The notes under the pieces were generated by a model that worked only from the letters and a program-made list of their open reading frames with translations, was not told where the DNA came from and ran no database searches. A stretch of 64,000 nt of DNA. Source: an uncultured Acidobacteriota bacterium (GTDB taxonomy: Bacteria > Acidobacteriota > Thermoanaerobaculia > Gp7-AA8). The translations under genes and the position numbers were made by a program. Below, in pieces: positions 58,663-64,000 of this stretch. The DNA is taken from positions 1-64,000 of the forward strand of contig CAWGHO010000001.1 of NCBI GenBank assembly GCA_963822445.1, read 5' to 3'. Position 1 is the first letter of the stretch, and each line of letters opens with the position of its first letter.

Positions 58663-58797
58663 CCTTCTCCCATAGGGAGAAGGTGGCTGCGAAGCAGCCG
58701 GATGAGGGGCTGCGGCGGTGAAGGTGTGCGAGCTCATCAGCGTCGCATCCCCTCACCCGTCGCCTTCGGCGACACCCTCTCCCTTTGGGAGAGGGGG
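58663..58797. repeat. Paired REP-like palindromic element between convergent genes
   Basis: ccttctcccatagggagaagg-tggctgcgaagcagcc-ggatgagggg ... cccctcaccc-gtcgccttcggcgac-accctctccctttgggagaggg. Confidence 0.75.
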
Positions 58798-58803
58798 CGA
58801 TCC

Positions 58804-60027
58804 TCAGCTTCGCCTGAACAGCCCCACCGCCTCAACTTCGGCGGAATACACAAACTGGTCGACGGGCACGACGCGTTCGAGTGCGTAGCCGCCCTCGACC
58901 AGGATGCGGGCATCGCGGGCGAATGTGGCCGGGTTGCAGGAGACAGCCGCGACGAGCGGCACATTCGACGCGGCGAGAGCGGTGGCCTGAGCCTTGGCTC
59001 CGTTCCGTGGTGGGTCGAAGACGACCCCGCCATATCTCTCGAGCTCCTGCGGCGAGAGCGGATGCGCATAGAGGTCGCGATGCTCGGTCGTGACGGGCTT
59101 CAACGCCGAAACGCGCCGCGCCGCGGCGGAAAGCGCATCAAGCGCGTCTGCACTGTCTTCAACCGCGTGTATGGCGGCGTGGCGCGCAAGCGCGAGCGTG
59201 AACGTGCCGATCCCGGCGAAGAGATCCGCAACGCGCTTGGCCCTGCCTAGGTGCTCCGCGACAAGGCCGGACATGATCGTCTCCGCCGACGCCTGTATGA
59301 ATGCGCCGGACGGAGCGATAACCGGCACGCCCGAAATAATCACGGTCAACTCGGAGAGCATCAGGATCGGTTCGCCGGCGATCGAAAGCCGGGCGATTCC
59401 GGCTGCGCCGGCCGCTTCGACAAGCTGGCCGGTACCGGCAGCGTTCGGGGGTGTGGCGCCATCGAGCGCAATATCGAGCCCGCCCGAGGTGGCGACCACC
59501 GTCAGCCTGACCGGCTTTTTCTGCGGCAGGAGCGGACGCAGCAGGTCCCGCAAGCCCGCGAGCCTGCTGGAGATGGCCGGCGTCAGCACAGGGCATTCCT
59601 CGATGTCGATGAGCCGATGCGACAGCCGCTCGTGGTAGCCTAGCGTCACATGCTGCCCGATGCGAAGCGCCGTCATTACTGCCCGTCGGCGGGTCGAGAG
59701 ACTGACGCCGACCGTTTCTCCTACCTCCGGCGTCAGCCCTTGCTGCGCGAGTGCGGCGACGACGAAGTCGCGCTTCAGCTTTCGCGTCGCTTCGAGCGTT
59801 AGCATCTGCAGCGCGCAGCCGCCGCAGACCCCAAAATGCCTGCAGACAGGCGCAACGCGCTCAGGGCTCGGCGCGAGCATCTCGACGATCTTTCCCCGCT
59901 CGCCGCTGCGCTCGACGACGATGCGCTCGCCGGGAAGCGCGAAGGGTACGTAGAGCGGCCCTTGCGTCCCACGCGCGATGCCGTCGCCGCGATGGCCGAG
60001 GGCGTCGATGGTGACGGTTTCAGGCAT
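58804..60027 (-). CDS. RlmD/TrmA-family RNA m5U methyltransferase (TRAM + Fe-S)
   Basis: CRHFGVCGGC, ADLFAGIGTF, VFDPPR.G, VSCNPATFARD, DQF. Confidence 0.9.
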   Translation of the reverse strand: MPETVTIDALGHRGDGIARGTQGPLYVPFALPGERIVVERSGERGKIVEMLAPSPERVAPVCRHFGVCGGCALQMLTLEATRKLKRDFVVAALAQQGLTPEVGETVGVSLSTRRRAVMTALRIGQHVTLGYHERLSHRLIDIEECPVLTPAISSRLAGLRDLLRPLLPQKKPVRLTVVATSGGLDIALDGATPPNAAGTGQLVEAAGAAGIARLSIAGEPILMLSELTVIISGVPVIAPSGAFIQASAETIMSGLVAEHLGRAKRVADLFAGIGTFTLALARHAAIHAVEDSADALDALSAAARRVSALKPVTTEHRDLYAHPLSPQELERYGGVVFDPPRNGAKAQATALAASNVPLVAAVSCNPATFARDARILVEGGYALERVVPVDQFVYSAEVEAVGLFRRS

Positions 60028-60514
60028 TCGCCGGGTTTTCGTTTCGTGCGCCGAGGAGGAATTCGCGATTCCCTGAGCCCCCTTCGATAGGAGAGGGGAG
60101 GAGGCCAACCACGCGCCAGCCCTGCTCCGCTCCGAGCCACGCGGCGATGCCCTCCGCCGCCTTTTGCGCGACAGCGGGATCGCGCACCACGCCGCCTTTG
60201 CCGACCGCCTTCGGCCCGACCTCGAATTGCGGCTTGACCAGCAATATGCCCCAGGCACCCGGCTCCGCGAGTTGGAGCGCCGGCGGCAGCGCGAGCTTCA
60301 GCGATATGAAGCTGAGGTCGGCCACCAACGCGCCGATCTTTTTGTTGTCGAGATGGGCGCACGGAAGGTCGCGAGCGTTGAGGCCTTCAATCAAGGTGAC
60401 GCGCGGATCCGCGGCAAGCGTCGCATCCATCTCGCCGTGCCCCACGTCGACCGCGATGACGTGCGCCGCGCCGCGCTCCAGAAGCACCTGCGTGAAACCA
60501 CCGGTCGAGGCGCC
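60020..60514 (-). CDS. tlyA: TlyA family RNA methyltransferase, 5'-truncated
   Basis: GASTGGFT, AVDVGHG, DLSFISL, LVKPQFE, SPIEGGSGNREFL. Confidence 0.92.
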   Translation of the reverse strand, partial: GASTGGFTQVLLERGAAHVIAVDVGHGEMDATLAADPRVTLIEGLNARDLPCAHLDNKKIGALVADLSFISLKLALPPALQLAEPGAWGILLVKPQFEVGPKAVGKGGVVRDPAVAQKAAEGIAAWLGAEQGWRVVGLLPSPIEGGSGNREFLLGARNENPANA

Positions 60515-60587
60515 AGCAATACGTGGTGGCCACGCAACACCTGGCCATGGTTTTGTTGCCTGTTGCTGGTTCGTTACTTGTATTGCT
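60515..60587. other. Back-to-back Nanopore adapter remnants (chimeric junction)
   Basis: agcaatacgt, then ttttgttgcctgttgctggttcgttacttgtattgct resembling TTTTTTTTCCTGTACTTCGTTCAGTTACGTATTGCT. Confidence 0.9.
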
Positions 60588-61383
60588 GGGCCGTGGTGAC
60601 GGCAGCGTTCTCGGTGCCACAGGCCGCGTCGACGGTGCAGTTCGCATTGAACGAGCGGGGCTTCGTGTTCGCGGCATTGGTCACCGGGTTGAGGTGCCCC
60701 GCCAGCTTGAACGCTTCGGTCAGATAACCGACGCCGGAAATCGTGAAGGCGGGAGCCTCATTGCCGGCGGCATTGAACTGCATGACCAACTCCGCACCGG
60801 AGACGGTGTTGCTCCAGAACTCGCCCGTGCCGTTCGGGCCGCGGCCCGTGTACGGACCGTAGGCCATGCCGGCGTTCGTGTGGATGTACAGCTCGGCGCC
60901 TTCGGGCAGGTTGAAATCAGTGAAATGAACGCACATCGCGGCCGCTTCCGGCGCGCGCACGAGACCGGCCCACTCGAAGCCGCCCGCGGCACGACCGCGG
61001 ACCGCACCGAAGAGGTCGTGCGCAGTCGCGCGAGTGCTGAGCGCCCGGCGGGAGAAACCCATCGGCACATGAAGCTCTTTGACCAGGCCGACGCGCATCT
61101 TCTGCTGCATGGCCCCATCCATCAACGCGTCCTGGGCCAGGGCGAGGCGCTCTTCGGGCGTCACCACGACGTCGAGCGCCCGCGCTTCGGACAGATCGAT
61201 CGCCCCCATCGACAGATGCTTCTGCAGGTCGATCATCTGTTGGTTGTGTGCAGCCCGGTTGAATGCCACGGCGGACCGTTCCGTCGCTTTGACAGCGCCG
61301 GCATGGTCGAGCGTCGCCGCGCTGACCTGGGCAACGCTCACCACGAGCATTGCGACGAGCAGGATCGAGAACCGTTTTTTCAT
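60588..61383 (-). CDS. Secreted protein resembling the lysyl-endopeptidase N-terminal pro-region, 3'-truncated
   Basis: MKKRF signal peptide; VHFTDFNLPEGAELYI...GPYT...FWSNTVSG...C.VDAAC; catalytic domain not in this segment. Confidence 0.6.
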
Positions 61384-61605
61384 TTGATCTCCGTTCGAAA
61401 GTTGATGAAAAGCGCCCTTGAGGGGACAGGCAGCGGATGTTGACTGGGGCCATACAAAGGCAATCGCACGGCCCATCGGCGCGCGGCGCGATGTCGTTTG
61501 AATGGAGAACGTTGCGGCGACCACCTGCTAATGGAACGGGTCAGAAATGGCGCACTGCGTCAGCCTCTGACCCACATGGCGGTCACGCGGCGACCTTTTT
61601 GCCGC

Positions 61606-62784
61606 TCAGAACCGACCACGCGCGACGTGGATCCGCTTCGAGTAGCTCTGGTGCTCGGTCCAGGTGAACCAGACCTCGTCGCCGCGGCGTGCAATTCGCG
61701 TGAAACCCGCGGCGCGCGCAGTGGCCGAGTCGGCGACCTTGATCGACGGCGCGGGCTCCCCGGTCCGTGGCACGCGGCGAGCGCGGATCTCCGCGCCGAG
61801 GGTGGTCTGTTCGAGCCAGGTCACCAGCGCGGTGTCGTCGTCGAGCATCACCACGTCGACGCGACCCGCCGGTTTACCGTCATCGACGGCGATCGCTTTT
61901 CCGAAGGTCGCGCCGCCGTCGTTCGAGAACGCGACGAACACACGTTGTTTCTCCTGCGCGGCCGTGAACCAGGCGATGACCGCGGCGTTGCCGATCGCAT
62001 CGAGCTGCGGACCGTTGACCGGACATCCGTTGATCTTCCAGCCGTCCGCGTGAATCGGTCGCGGCTCGCTCCACGCAGCCCCGCCGCGGCTCACATACGA
62101 AATGTCGCGGATGTCATCCGCGGAGCGATCGCGATAGGCGATGACCGGCCCCGCGGTGGTGACGGTCATCGCCGTCGTGCAGCACTCGCAGGTGCGCGGA
62201 TCGACGACGACGTCCGCGTCGATCTTCCCCGCTGCCGTGACCGTCGCGTAGCGAATGGTCATGTCGCCGTCGCTGCCGGTCATGTTCCGCCCGTCCAGCC
62301 ACGTCGCACCGACGCCACCGCCGGGAAGCGCGGCGAGCGTGACGAATCCATGCTCGGCCTGTTTGCCGTCGCGGTTCAGAAGAAACGGCGCGCTCCACGT
62401 CGATCCGCCGTCGGTCGACGTGGCCATGCGCACGTCATACGAGTAAGTGCCGGAACCGCTCTTCTGCAGCCAGTGCGCGTACAGCGCACCGTTCGCGTCC
62501 TCGATCACCGACGGAAAGTCCGCCCAGTCACAAACAGGTCGCCGCGCTCGACGATCGTGCGCGGCGCGCTCCACTCTTTATCCACGTAACGCGAGAACCG
62601 CAGGGCGAATCGGTCACCCCGCGGCTCGAGCCAGCTGAGAAGCACGACGTCGCGCGTTGCGAACAGAAACGGCTCGGCCGCGCCAACCGGCGCAGGCATG
62701 CTCACTTCCGCGATCGCGTTCCGAGGCTCGCGATTGCACGCGCGCCATCATCACGAGTACGGCGATCGCGATCTCTTTACGCAT
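61606..62784 (-). CDS. BNR/Asp-box (sialidase-like) exported protein
   Basis: STDGGSTWS and SNDGGATF Asp-boxes, WADFP, CECCTT, GCPVNGP. Confidence 0.82.
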
Positions 62785-62785
62785 G

Positions 62786-64000
<1,215 letters not shown>

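Noticed and set aside
56226-60514. Horizontally acquired alphaproteobacterial island
   Set aside because: It is bounded by sequencing adapters and truncated housekeeping genes, with no integrase or att sites

Overview
This window is not one genomic locus. It looks like a raw, frameshift-rich Oxford Nanopore sequence made of three unrelated molecules joined at ligation-adapter remnants (about 1-30, 56176-56225 and 60515-60587). Most genes are broken across frames by indels, so coordinates are approximate and the genes are not called pseudogenes. Segment 1 (31-56175) is high-GC, and its gene content and style suggest Acidobacteriota, probably Vicinamibacterales (inference). It carries a PBP transpeptidase and FHA protein, recA, hbd/thiolase, dciA, maf, a cytochrome c maturation operon with a Cys-type CcmE and a CcmF-CcmH fusion, aroA/aroK, an RsbW-like gene and suhB. 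These are followed by a ~37 kb cell-surface glycoconjugate region containing GT2s, GT4s, four GT-C-like polytopic proteins, two LPG-synthase-type flippases, DedA/VTT, AsnB, a GlpD-like oxidoreductase, a radical SAM enzyme, several methyltransferases, an NTP-transferase and a CofD/YvcK fusion. Inside that region sit two paralogous lipoproteins sharing an unrecognised C-terminal domain, flanking a beta-barrel gene, plus a third inverted fragment of that domain. Segment 2 (56226-60514) looks alphaproteobacterial: DUF1800/DUF1501, upp, an RlmD-like methyltransferase, tlyA and REP-like palindromes. Segment 3 (60588-64000) encodes a secreted protease-like N-terminus, a BNR-repeat protein and a Cu(I) P-type ATPase. 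No rRNA, tRNA or CRISPR array was seen.
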